DNA from: Anaerolineae bacterium
GTDB lineage: Bacteria > Chloroflexota > Anaerolineae > DUEN01
NCBI GenBank assembly: GCA_034432955.1
Contig: DAOUBB010000023.1
Location: forward strand, 1-39,176
Direction of reading: 5' to 3'
DNA length: 39,176 nucleotides
This document shows, one piece after another, positions 29,415 through 37,423 of the stretch (the first letter of the stretch is position 1; every line of letters starts with the position of its first letter). The position numbers were made by a program, and so were the translations under genes. The notes under the pieces were generated by a model. The model was not told the origin of the DNA. It was given only the letters and a program-made list of their open reading frames with translations, and did not search any database.

Positions 29415-30138
29415 GACCGGCGAGATCCAGGTCACCGTCAGGCTGTTCGCTTCGCTACGGGAGGCGATTGGACAAGGCAGCCTGACGTGGAAGCTGAAGC
29501 CCAACGCCACGCTGGCCGATCTGATCCACACGCTCGATCAGGCATATCCGGGCGCCGAGATCGCCCGGCGTTCGCTCTACATGGCCATCAACCAACGGTA
29601 TGCTCCGGCAGATACCCCCCTTCACGATGGTGATGAGGTGGCGATCTTTCCGCCCGTGAGTGGCGGATCTGAAGTGGCCGCTGCGGACGTGTACGAGTTG
29701 ACGTGGGATCCCCTCTCGGTCGACGCGCTGGTCCGGCGCGTGGGGTTGCCGGCGTGCGGAGCCGTCGCCACCTTCGTGGGCATCGTGCGCGACCACACCG
29801 GTGATCGCCAGGTGGACCATTTGGAGTACGAGGCCTATCCAGGGATGGCCGAGGCGATCATGGCTCAGATCGGAGCCGAGATCCGGGAACGCTGGCCTTC
29901 CATCCGGGCAATCGGGATTCAGCACCGGCTGGGACGACTGGAAATCGGAGAAGCCTCGGTGGTGATCGCCGTGTCGGCCAGCCACCGTCCAGAGGTGTTC
30001 GACGCCTGCCGCTACGCGATCGAACGGCTGAAGGCGATCGTGCCGATCTGGAAGAAAGAAGTCTGGGCCGACGGTGAGGAGTGGATCGAGGGTCCACGCG
30101 GGGTAGACGAGGGACGGGGGACGAAGGCCGAGGGATAA
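29404..30138 (+). CDS. Fused molybdopterin synthase MoaD-MoaE (MoaX-like). It overlaps the moaC stop by 11 nt.
   Basis: The N-terminal ~90 aa form a ThiS/MoaD fold ending in the internal FPPVSGG diglycine. A MoaE-like domain follows (VGIVRDH..., EYEAY). ATG at 29404. Confidence 0.75.
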   Translation: MKIETGEIQVTVRLFASLREAIGQGSLTWKLKPNATLADLIHTLDQAYPGAEIARRSLYMAINQRYAPADTPLHDGDEVAIFPPVSGGSEVAAADVYELTWDPLSVDALVRRVGLPACGAVATFVGIVRDHTGDRQVDHLEYEAYPGMAEAIMAQIGAEIRERWPSIRAIGIQHRLGRLEIGEASVVIAVSASHRPEVFDACRYAIERLKAIVPIWKKEVWADGEEWIEGPRGVDEGRGTKAEG

Positions 30139-30176
30139 AGCTCGCCTGTCCACCTTCCTTCCCCTTTCGTCAGCCA

Positions 30177-30764
30177 TCAGCCCTCGCGCGGGACCTCGTG
30201 GCAACGGCGACAGCGGGCCTCATAGACCTCGCTGGCCCCCACCAGGATCACCGGGTCGTCGTAACGGGCCGGGCGGCCGTCGATCAGGCGCTGTGTGCGT
30301 GAGGCTTCCGCGCCGCAGCGCACACAGATGGCATGTAGCTTGTCCACGCGCTCGGCCTGAGCCATCAGCAGCGGCACCGGGCCAAAAGGCTCGCCGCGGA
30401 AGTCCATATCCAGGCCGGCGCAGATCACCCGCAACCCCCGATTCGCCAGCTCATGGCACACATCGGCGATTTCCCAGTCAAAGAACTGCACTTCGTCCAC
30501 GGCGACGACCGTGGTGTCCGGTTCCAGCCGCTCCAGGATCTCGCGTGCGCTGCGAACGACGATCGCGTTGTCGCGGGCCATTCCGTTATGAGATGCGATG
30601 CGCGTCAGGCCATAGCGGTCGTCAATGCTCGGCTTGAAAAGCTGCACCTTCTGCCGGGCGATCTCGGCCCGCCGCACGCGTCGCAGGAGTTCCTCGGTCT
30701 TACCGCTGAACATGCTGCCGCAGATCAGCTCGATCCAGCCCGTTTCCGGATGCGTATACGGCAC
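30177..30764 (-). CDS. tdk: Thymidine kinase.
   Basis: P-loop [17 protein letters not shown], and a C-terminal zinc ribbon (CVRCG...CRRCH). GTG start at 30764 preceded by GGGGAGGAG. Confidence 0.8.
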   Translation of the reverse strand: MPYTHPETGWIELICGSMFSGKTEELLRRVRRAEIARQKVQLFKPSIDDRYGLTRIASHNGMARDNAIVVRSAREILERLEPDTTVVAVDEVQFFDWEIADVCHELANRGLRVICAGLDMDFRGEPFGPVPLLMAQAERVDKLHAICVRCGAEASRTQRLIDGRPARYDDPVILVGASEVYEARCRRCHEVPREG

Positions 30765-30794
30765 GTGATCTCCTCCCCACGTCAGGCAAAAAGA

Positions 30795-30819
30795 GAGGGC
30801 AGACCCAACCTCTGCCCTC
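30795..30819 (-). terminator. Intrinsic terminator downstream of rpmE. On the minus strand it reads GAGGGCAG-aggttgggt-CTGCCCTC followed by UCUUUUUG.
   Basis: 8-bp stem and T-tract read from the sequence. The tdk Shine-Dalgarno follows immediately, so termination may be partial. Confidence 0.6.
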
Positions 30820-30877
30820 CCGCCATTCGCCTTCTCAATGCAGCTCTCCGGGGCAACTCCCACCCCCTGAAGGTGGT

Positions 30878-31231
30878 CTACTCCGCTTTGGAGCGAGCTG
30901 ATTCAGCGGCTCGACGCGCGATCTCAGCGGCCTTTTCAGGGCTCTCTCCGCGGCGACGCGCCCGGCGCTCAGCTTCCGCCGCGGCCGCCTGGACCTCGGC
31001 CTGGGCGCGCTGGGTGGCCACCAGCGTATCGCGGGCCTCCAGGCGCCGCATGAAACGCTCGACCTGGCCGGCCGTATCCACGATGCGCTGTTCGCCGGTG
31101 AAGAACGGGTGGCACTGGGAACAGACGTCTGTACGAATCTCGGGCACCGTGGCCCCTACCGTCCAGCTATTGCCACACGCGCAGGTCACGCGCGCGTTGG
31201 GATACCACTGAGGATGAATTTTCTCGCGCAT
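30878..31231 (-). CDS. rpmE: 50S ribosomal protein L31 (Zn-ribbon type A) with a ~45-aa Ala/Arg/Glu-rich C-terminal extension.
   Basis: IHP..Y, CxCG ... [10 protein letters not shown] core and a VERFMRR motif; 117 aa against the usual ~70 aa. Confidence 0.8.
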   Translation of the reverse strand: MREKIHPQWYPNARVTCACGNSWTVGATVPEIRTDVCSQCHPFFTGEQRIVDTAGQVERFMRRLEARDTLVATQRAQAEVQAAAAEAERRARRRGESPEKAAEIARRAAESARSKAE

Positions 31232-31285
31232 ATCACAGAACCTCCGCTTCGGCGGATCCGACAGCTTTGAGAACCGTCAGATCTC

Positions 31286-31549
31286 CTACGCAACGCGCTC
31301 CGGGTAGACGCTGACGCGTTTCTGATCGCGCGTGTGCGGCTCGAACTTCACGTATCCGTCAATCATCGCGAACAGGGTGTAATCGCTTCCCAAGCCCACG
31401 TTTTTCCCAGGCTTGATCTTCGTCCCGCGCTGCCGCACCAAGACGCTGCCCGCCGTCACCCACTGTCCATCGAAGCGCTTCACGCCCAGGCGCTGAGAGC
31501 GGCTGTCACGACCGTTGCGGCTGGAACCGCCACCTTTCTTGTGTGCCAT
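31286..31549 (-). CDS. rpmA: 50S ribosomal protein L27.
   Basis: N-terminus [16 protein letters not shown] is diagnostic. Confidence 0.9.
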   Translation of the reverse strand: MAHKKGGGSSRNGRDSRSQRLGVKRFDGQWVTAGSVLVRQRGTKIKPGKNVGLGSDYTLFAMIDGYVKFEPHTRDQKRVSVYPERVA

Positions 31550-31577
31550 TCTTGCCCCTCCGTCCGTCTAACCGCGT

Positions 31578-31889
31578 TCACGCCTCGATGGCTTCGATCC
31601 GCAGAAGCGTGTACGGTTGACGGTGTCCTTTCTTGCGCCGATACCGCTGCTTTGGCTTGTAGCGGAACACGATCACTTTGCGATATTTGCGCTGGCCCAG
31701 CACGTGAGCCCGAATCGTGGCGCCCTCGACGACTGGCTGACCGACTCGGATGTTTTCGCCGTCGGCCACCAGCAGCACACGATCGAAGGTGATCGTCTCG
31801 CCGACGGGGACGTTCAGCTTTTCCACCTGAATCGTTTCCCCAGGGCTCACACGATATTGCCTGCCGCCCGTCTCGAAAATCGCATACAT
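31578..31889 (-). CDS. rplU: 50S ribosomal protein L21.
   Basis: [15 protein letters not shown]-terminus. GGAGGT RBS before ATG at 31889; the longer ORF to 32093 is read-through. Confidence 0.9.
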   Translation of the reverse strand: MYAIFETGGRQYRVSPGETIQVEKLNVPVGETITFDRVLLVADGENIRVGQPVVEGATIRAHVLGQRKYRKVIVFRYKPKQRYRRKKGHRQPYTLLRIEAIEA

Positions 31890-32210
31890 GAACGCTGAAC
31901 CTCCCGTACCGCGTCCGGCGGGCCGGAACTTTGTGCTGGCGGTACCTGCTGAGAATGATGGATGACGCGGCGAGCAGGCGGCCACCGGGCCAGCCTGCCC
32001 ACGGAGCGACATTATACCCCTGCCCTTACCCTCTGTCAAACTGGAACGCGTGGCGCGTTGCCAGTTGGACGCAAGCCGCCACTCGTGATACACTGGGCTT
32101 ATCCTGCTCTCAGCCTTCTACCGGCCCAAACGCTGGGTGCTCGCACATGACGGTCCCTCGGTCACCAGGGGTGGAAAGTCGGCCGAGCGCCCGAAAGGAG
32201 CGATCACGCC

Positions 32211-33083
32211 ATGCATGTGTTTCGCTTTGCCACATCCGCCGGCTCCCACCTCGGCCTGATCATCCAGGACCAGGCGTACGATTTAACCGCCGTGGACCCT
32301 GGCCGCTTCGGTTCGCTCGCGAGTTTCCTCGCCTGGTCCGCCGGGATGATTTCGCTGGCAGAGGCGTTGACGGCCGCGGTGGCCCACCATCGCCCTTTGC
32401 CGGACGATCCACGTCGCCTATCGTGGCTCAAGCCCGTGGACGAACAGGAAGTGTGGGCAGCCGGCGTCACCTATCTGCGCAGTCGAGCTGCCCGCGAGCG
32501 GGAATCCCTGAGCAGCGACCTGTACAGCCGGGTGTATGAAGCTGCTCGTCCCGAGCTTTTCTTCAAGGCCACGCCCGGCCGCACGGTGGGTCCCGGGGAG
32601 CCAGTGCGCGTGCGGGCCGACTCGAGCTGGACGGTGCCAGAGCCAGAGCTGGCGCTGGTCCTCAACCCGCGCCTGGAGATCGTCGGCTTCACCGCGGGCA
32701 ACGATATGAGTGCCCGCGACATCGAGGGGGAAAACGCGCTCTACCTGCCCCAGGCCAAGGTCTACCGCCAATGCTGTGCGCTGGGGCCGGCCATCCGGCT
32801 GGCGGGGACGGGGATCGACCCCACGGCCCTGGCCATCCGCCTGCAGATCGAACGGGCAGGGGAAACAGTCTTCGAGGGCGCCACCCGAACCGATCAGATG
32901 GTGCGCTCTCTGGCGGACCTGGTCAGCTATTTGGGGCGCGAGAACGAGTTTCCGCAGGGAGTGGTGCTCCTCACCGGGACCGGGATCGTCCCGCCTGACG
33001 AGTTCACGCTGAGGGATGGGGATGTCGTCATCGTCGAGATCGAGGGGATCGGCGTGCTGCGCAATCCGGTGGTGAAGGCATAG
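32211..33083 (+). CDS. Fumarylacetoacetate hydrolase (FAH) family protein (2-keto-4-pentenoate hydratase/decarboxylase-like).
   Basis: FAH-fold blocks (GFTAGNDMSARD, PELALVL) and a C-terminal DGDVVIVEIEGIGVLRNPV. AAAGGAG RBS. Confidence 0.75.
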   Translation: MHVFRFATSAGSHLGLIIQDQAYDLTAVDPGRFGSLASFLAWSAGMISLAEALTAAVAHHRPLPDDPRRLSWLKPVDEQEVWAAGVTYLRSRAARERESLSSDLYSRVYEAARPELFFKATPGRTVGPGEPVRVRADSSWTVPEPELALVLNPRLEIVGFTAGNDMSARDIEGENALYLPQAKVYRQCCALGPAIRLAGTGIDPTALAIRLQIERAGETVFEGATRTDQMVRSLADLVSYLGRENEFPQGVVLLTGTGIVPPDEFTLRDGDVVIVEIEGIGVLRNPVVKA

Positions 33084-33155
33084 CGAGCATATCCCATGCT
33101 GGGTGTCGCGCGCCATGGAAGGCTACGGGCTGCGCAAGGCGCCATGCGATATGCA

Positions 33156-33854
33156 TCAATTGTTGCTGGGCGGTAGGCTCTCCGGTGCCTGTGTGACGGG
33201 CTCGGCGAAATGCAGGGCGATGCGCTCCATTCGGCTGGGGCGATGACCTAGGCCCAACGCGTCCAGGACTTCGTCGGGACGGCCGGTAGCACCAGGCTCG
33301 GCCCGCAAGCGCATCCGCAGCACTGGCCAGCCGTCCCTGTCCCTGCCCTCCAGCCATAGCGACTCGATTAGCGGGCGCAGGTCGTAAGGGCGGGTTGACC
33401 GCTCCGGACGGTGACGCCGGTCGCGCGGCAGCTTCTCTGCTGCCAGGATATGCCTCACGCGCTGCTCCAACTCTTCCCGGGGGAGGTCGGCCGCGTCCAC
33501 GGCCACGCGCCAGTCGGCAGAGCGCAAAAGGGATTGCAGGGAAGGCAGGTGTAAATCCACCTCCTGCACGTCCAGCAACTCCATACCGGGCGGCAGCTCG
33601 GCGCGTATCAGGGTGGCCGCCTCCCGCGGCGGCACCGCCTTCTCCATCCACAGATCGGCCACCTCGGCGCGACCAAAGCAGCCGGTCGGCAACGCGGCGG
33701 CGAACTGGATGCGCAATTGCGGGTTATACCCGCGCGTATAGGCGACCGGCAGTCCGGTCCGGCGCAGCACGCGTTCCCACAACCGGACGACATCCAGGTG
33801 CGAGATCCAACGCAGCGACTCGCCGTGGGCAAACGTCAGGCGCAACCGTTGCAC
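33156..33854 (-). CDS. DUF2344 / TIGR03936 'radical SAM-linked' protein, orphan.
   Basis: N-terminus MQRLRLTFAHGESLRWISHLDVVRLWERVLRRTGLPVAYTRGYNPQ matches the family signature. GTG start. Confidence 0.7.
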   Translation of the reverse strand: MQRLRLTFAHGESLRWISHLDVVRLWERVLRRTGLPVAYTRGYNPQLRIQFAAALPTGCFGRAEVADLWMEKAVPPREAATLIRAELPPGMELLDVQEVDLHLPSLQSLLRSADWRVAVDAADLPREELEQRVRHILAAEKLPRDRRHRPERSTRPYDLRPLIESLWLEGRDRDGWPVLRMRLRAEPGATGRPDEVLDALGLGHRPSRMERIALHFAEPVTQAPESLPPSNN

Positions 33855-33893
33855 AGCTATGAGAATCGCCTCCGTTAAACTGCGAGCATGTCT

Positions 33894-34751
33894 TTACTTG
33901 ATAGCCCCAGCAACTAAGCCACGAACAATGGCCCTTTGCGAGAACAGGACCAAAATCACAACGGGGATCGTCATGGTTACCCCCACGGTCATAATGAGCT
34001 CCCAGGGCTTTCCCCATGGCGAATACCCGGCAAAGATCTCAGTGATGGCCACGCTGAGAGTTTTCGAGGAGGGAGACGTTGTAAAGGATAACGGATACAG
34101 CAAGTTATTCCAGGAGTTAATAAAATTGATCAGCCCCATCGTCACCAGGCCCGGCGCAGTCACCGGAAGGAGGATATGCCAAAGGACTCGAAGCAGGGAT
34201 GCCCCGTCAATAATGGCCGCTTCTTCGATCTCATAAGGTACTTGTTTGATGAACGAGACCAAGACCCATACCGTAAAGGGAGTCAAAGCGCTGCTTAACA
34301 CCAACGTGATGCCGGCGATCGTGTCCAAAAGGTGCAAGTTCTTCAGCACCCGATACAGCGGTACGATGGTGCCCACATCGGGCAACGCCATGGATAGGAC
34401 CAGGGACCACATCAGTATGCCGCTATGTGGGAACGGAATGCGGGCGAAAGCATAAGCGGCTAGATAACTGACAATCAGGGTGGCCAAAGTGGTGGCCGTC
34501 GCAAATAGGAGCGAATTACGGACATATTCAAGGAAAGGAACCTCCTCCACCAACATCTGAAAGTTTCGCAGGGTGGGCTTGGGGAAATAAACCAGTGGGA
34601 CTTTGATCAAGTCGGCCGCAGGTGCCAGAGATGACCTCACCATCCAGTAGATCGGTAAGAGGACGATCCAGGTGAACAGGACAAAACTTAGGTAGATAGC
34701 GACAGAGCCCCACCTAAAACCCCAAGACCTTGCTAATAGTGATTTTAGCAT
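33894..34751 (-). CDS. Carbohydrate ABC transporter permease (MalG/UgpE-like).
   Basis: 6-TM permease with an EAA loop (EEAAIIDGAS). Confidence 0.85.
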   Translation of the reverse strand: MLKSLLARSWGFRWGSVAIYLSFVLFTWIVLLPIYWMVRSSLAPAADLIKVPLVYFPKPTLRNFQMLVEEVPFLEYVRNSLLFATATTLATLIVSYLAAYAFARIPFPHSGILMWSLVLSMALPDVGTIVPLYRVLKNLHLLDTIAGITLVLSSALTPFTVWVLVSFIKQVPYEIEEAAIIDGASLLRVLWHILLPVTAPGLVTMGLINFINSWNNLLYPLSFTTSPSSKTLSVAITEIFAGYSPWGKPWELIMTVGVTMTIPVVILVLFSQRAIVRGLVAGAIK

Positions 34752-34766
34752 CGTTGCTCTCCACGG

Positions 34767-35732
34767 TCAGTAAGCTACCTCAGCTTTCCGGAACAGCCAC
34801 AGCCCAAGGACCCCGATGACGGCTACCAGGATGAGCAACACCACGCTGATCGCAGAGGCGAAGCCGAATTTGAAGAACATAATGCCTTCTCGAAAAATCT
34901 GTAAAGCCAAAACGGAAGTCGCCACCCCCGGCCCCCCTTGGGTCAAGCCGTAGACCAGGTCAAAGCTCCCCAGGGACCACACCACTCGGAATAAGCCCAT
35001 CGTGATCGCGAGCGGCATGACCAGTGGAAGGGTGATCCGCCAGAACCGCTGCCAGGCATTAGCCCCATCAACCCTGGCCGCGTCGTAGAGTTCCAGCGGT
35101 ATGCCCTGCAAGCCGGCCAGAAAGACGAAAGCCATAAACCCGGCATCCTTCCAAACATGAACCCATATCACCACCACCCTAGCCAAGATAGGAGAGATAA
35201 AGACCGCTATTCGGGCTCCACTGATCAAGTTGATCCAATACGAGATCAACCCAAATTGATCCTCCAACAGCCAACGAAAGGCGTATCCGGCCACTATGGT
35301 CGGAATAGCCCATGGGATGAGGTTGATGGTGCGCGCAAAGCCTGTCCCACGAAAAGCGGTGTTCAGCAGCAACGCCACTAGCATGCCCAAGACCAGATCG
35401 AGGGCGGTCGAACTCACCACCAGCATGACCGTAAAGGCCAGAGCTCCTCGAACCCCGTAATCGTTGGTCATCGTCAGGTAGTTTTGCAAGCCGACGAATT
35501 CATTCGTGTTCTTGATGAGATCGAGGTTGGTGAAGCCCAGATAAATGGTTTGCAGGATAGGATAAGCAGCGGTGGCAAAGCGGAGCAGAAAGGCTGGGGA
35601 CACCAGCAGAATGAAGAGCACGTACCGTCGTTGGGCGGGTTTTGATAAGGCGAATCTCGATCTGGCAATCATACGATTAAGCGCCCCCAAGGGCATCATG
35701 AACAGATGCCTCCGGACCGTTGACATTTTCAC
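34767..35732 (-). CDS. Carbohydrate ABC transporter permease (MalF/UgpA-like). GTG start with GGAGG 7 nt upstream; an alternative ATG is at 35672.
   Basis: Multi-TM permease with an EAA-type loop (DAARVDGANAWQ). Confidence 0.8.
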   Translation of the reverse strand: MKMSTVRRHLFMMPLGALNRMIARSRFALSKPAQRRYVLFILLVSPAFLLRFATAAYPILQTIYLGFTNLDLIKNTNEFVGLQNYLTMTNDYGVRGALAFTVMLVVSSTALDLVLGMLVALLLNTAFRGTGFARTINLIPWAIPTIVAGYAFRWLLEDQFGLISYWINLISGARIAVFISPILARVVVIWVHVWKDAGFMAFVFLAGLQGIPLELYDAARVDGANAWQRFWRITLPLVMPLAITMGLFRVVWSLGSFDLVYGLTQGGPGVATSVLALQIFREGIMFFKFGFASAISVVLLILVAVIGVLGLWLFRKAEVAY

Positions 35733-35810
35733 GAGCCAGCCTCCAACAGAGTTTGCCTGGACAGGCCTGGCCCATCCAGGCAGAGAAGCCGGCCAGCTCA
35801 GCGGCGACTA

Positions 35811-35936
35811 AGGTCGGCCTTCGCCGACCTCAGAACCGCCGCAGGGCGGTTTCGCCAGGCGTAGCAGGCGGTTTGAACCGCCGGGCGGCTTCCCCTGGGG
35901 GGAGAGCCACTCCCCGCCCCCTATGAGGGGGCGGGG
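35811..35936 (-). promoter_or_regulatory. Cluster of four to five consecutive GC-rich stem-loops in the 244-nt spacer between the sugar binding-protein gene and the first permease.
   Basis: AGGTCGGC-cttc-GCCGACCT; GAACCGCC-gcag-GGCGGTTT; GGCGGT-ttga-ACCGCC; CCCCGCCCCC-tatga-GGGGGCGGGG; an alternative GGGGAG-agcca-CTCCCC. Confidence 0.6.
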
Positions 35937-35976
35937 CGGGAGATAGGAGCCATCGCAGCAAGTACTTACCAGAGCA

Positions 35977-37302
35977 CTAGGAGAGTTGCGTCAGCCGATC
36001 TTTCGCTTGTTTCAGCGACTCGTCGAGGCTGATCTGGTTGGTAAGATAAGCCGCGGCGGTGTCCTCGAGGATGGTGAGCGCTTCGACAAACCTGGGATGG
36101 AAGGGCCGCACGCCAACGACACCGGCGTCCATGTACATCCTCATCTGCTTGACCAGCCAGTTGTCCTGGGGAGCCGCCGCCAAAACGGATTTGCGCGCGC
36201 TCAAGAACCAGAAGCTGGTCTTCATCGCCTCGATCGCCACCTCCTTAGAGACGAGGAATTTCAGGAGCTCTTTGGCCTCCTCCAGGTTGGGCGACGTCTT
36301 GACGATGCCGAAGCCCCAGGCCGCGGCGTAAGTAGATCCGGACTTGCCTCCTGGGCCCACAGGTGGCAATGCCACCGCCACCTTGTCCTCGCTGAACCAG
36401 GCTTTGTTGTCCTCGCTGCGGGCCACATCGCCGAAGAACGGCCATTGCCGCATGAAGGCCACCTTGTCGGCGATGTAGTCGGCGTTCTGCTGGTTGTAGT
36501 CCTTTTGTAGCGAAGCCGGGTTTAGGACCTTGCTGACATACATGAGGTCATAGATGTACTCGAGAGCCATCCTGTACTCGGGGCCCACATCAAACGGGTT
36601 GCCACCAGCCTGCAGGGTGATCCAGGCGAGATAGACGTTCAAGAAGGCACCCTTGATCAGGCCATCCTCCGAAGCCCAGACGCCCTTGCTCTCATCGGTG
36701 AAAACCTGGCCTAGGGGCTTGACCTCATCCCAGGTCTTGGGGACCTCGATACCCTTCTGATCGAACCAATCTTTCCGATACCACCAGTAGGGCATCTCCC
36801 AGTTGTGGATGACCCGGAACGTCTCGCCCTTATAGGTGCTCCACGTCTTGCTGTAATCGAGCATTTCCGGTGGGAAATCATCCCAGAAGTCGGGGGGCAG
36901 CAGGTCATCCAGGCTGAGCATGTAGCCGGCCTGGGAGAAAGAGGTCGTCAGCTCATCTTCAAAGTCGATCACATCATAAGGGCTGGTACCGGCCTGAACA
37001 GCGCTGGCCAGACGGGTGAGCTCCGTTTCCTTGGTGTCCGTCCGGAGCACCACCTCAACCTCGATCCCTGTCTTCGCGGTGAATTCCGTCTTCGCCAGAA
37101 GCTCCTTCGTGCCCTTCTCAGCCCAGCCGCCGACGGCTATTCTCACCTGTCGAGGCTTAGCCTCTGCAGGGGCTGGAGTCGGTGAGGCCGCGGGCGCCGG
37201 CGCTGGTACGGGGACCGGGGCGCAAGCAGCCAACACGCTGCCAGCAGCGGCAGCTCCTGCCCATCCCAGAAATTCGCGTCGGGTGAGTTTTCTCTTAGAC
37301 AT
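35977..37302 (-). CDS. Extracellular solute-binding protein family 1 (sugar ABC binding protein), a Tat-lipoprotein.
   Basis: TRREFLGWAGAAAAGSVLAAC lipobox with Tat motif, an AP-rich linker and an SBP_bac_1-like body. Confidence 0.8.
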   Translation of the reverse strand: MSKRKLTRREFLGWAGAAAAGSVLAACAPVPVPAPAPAASPTPAPAEAKPRQVRIAVGGWAEKGTKELLAKTEFTAKTGIEVEVVLRTDTKETELTRLASAVQAGTSPYDVIDFEDELTTSFSQAGYMLSLDDLLPPDFWDDFPPEMLDYSKTWSTYKGETFRVIHNWEMPYWWYRKDWFDQKGIEVPKTWDEVKPLGQVFTDESKGVWASEDGLIKGAFLNVYLAWITLQAGGNPFDVGPEYRMALEYIYDLMYVSKVLNPASLQKDYNQQNADYIADKVAFMRQWPFFGDVARSEDNKAWFSEDKVAVALPPVGPGGKSGSTYAAAWGFGIVKTSPNLEEAKELLKFLVSKEVAIEAMKTSFWFLSARKSVLAAAPQDNWLVKQMRMYMDAGVVGVRPFHPRFVEALTILEDTAAAYLTNQISLDESLKQAKDRLTQLS

Positions 37303-37423
37303 CTTGCCCTCCTTAAATGAAGGTCGCTAAAAGCCGTTGATCATCGGCACTACCGTCCGTGTATGCCTCAAAGCGCAACTTCCCCTCCTTTCTAGCCTGC
37401 CGCCAGGAGCCCACACACCGCCC

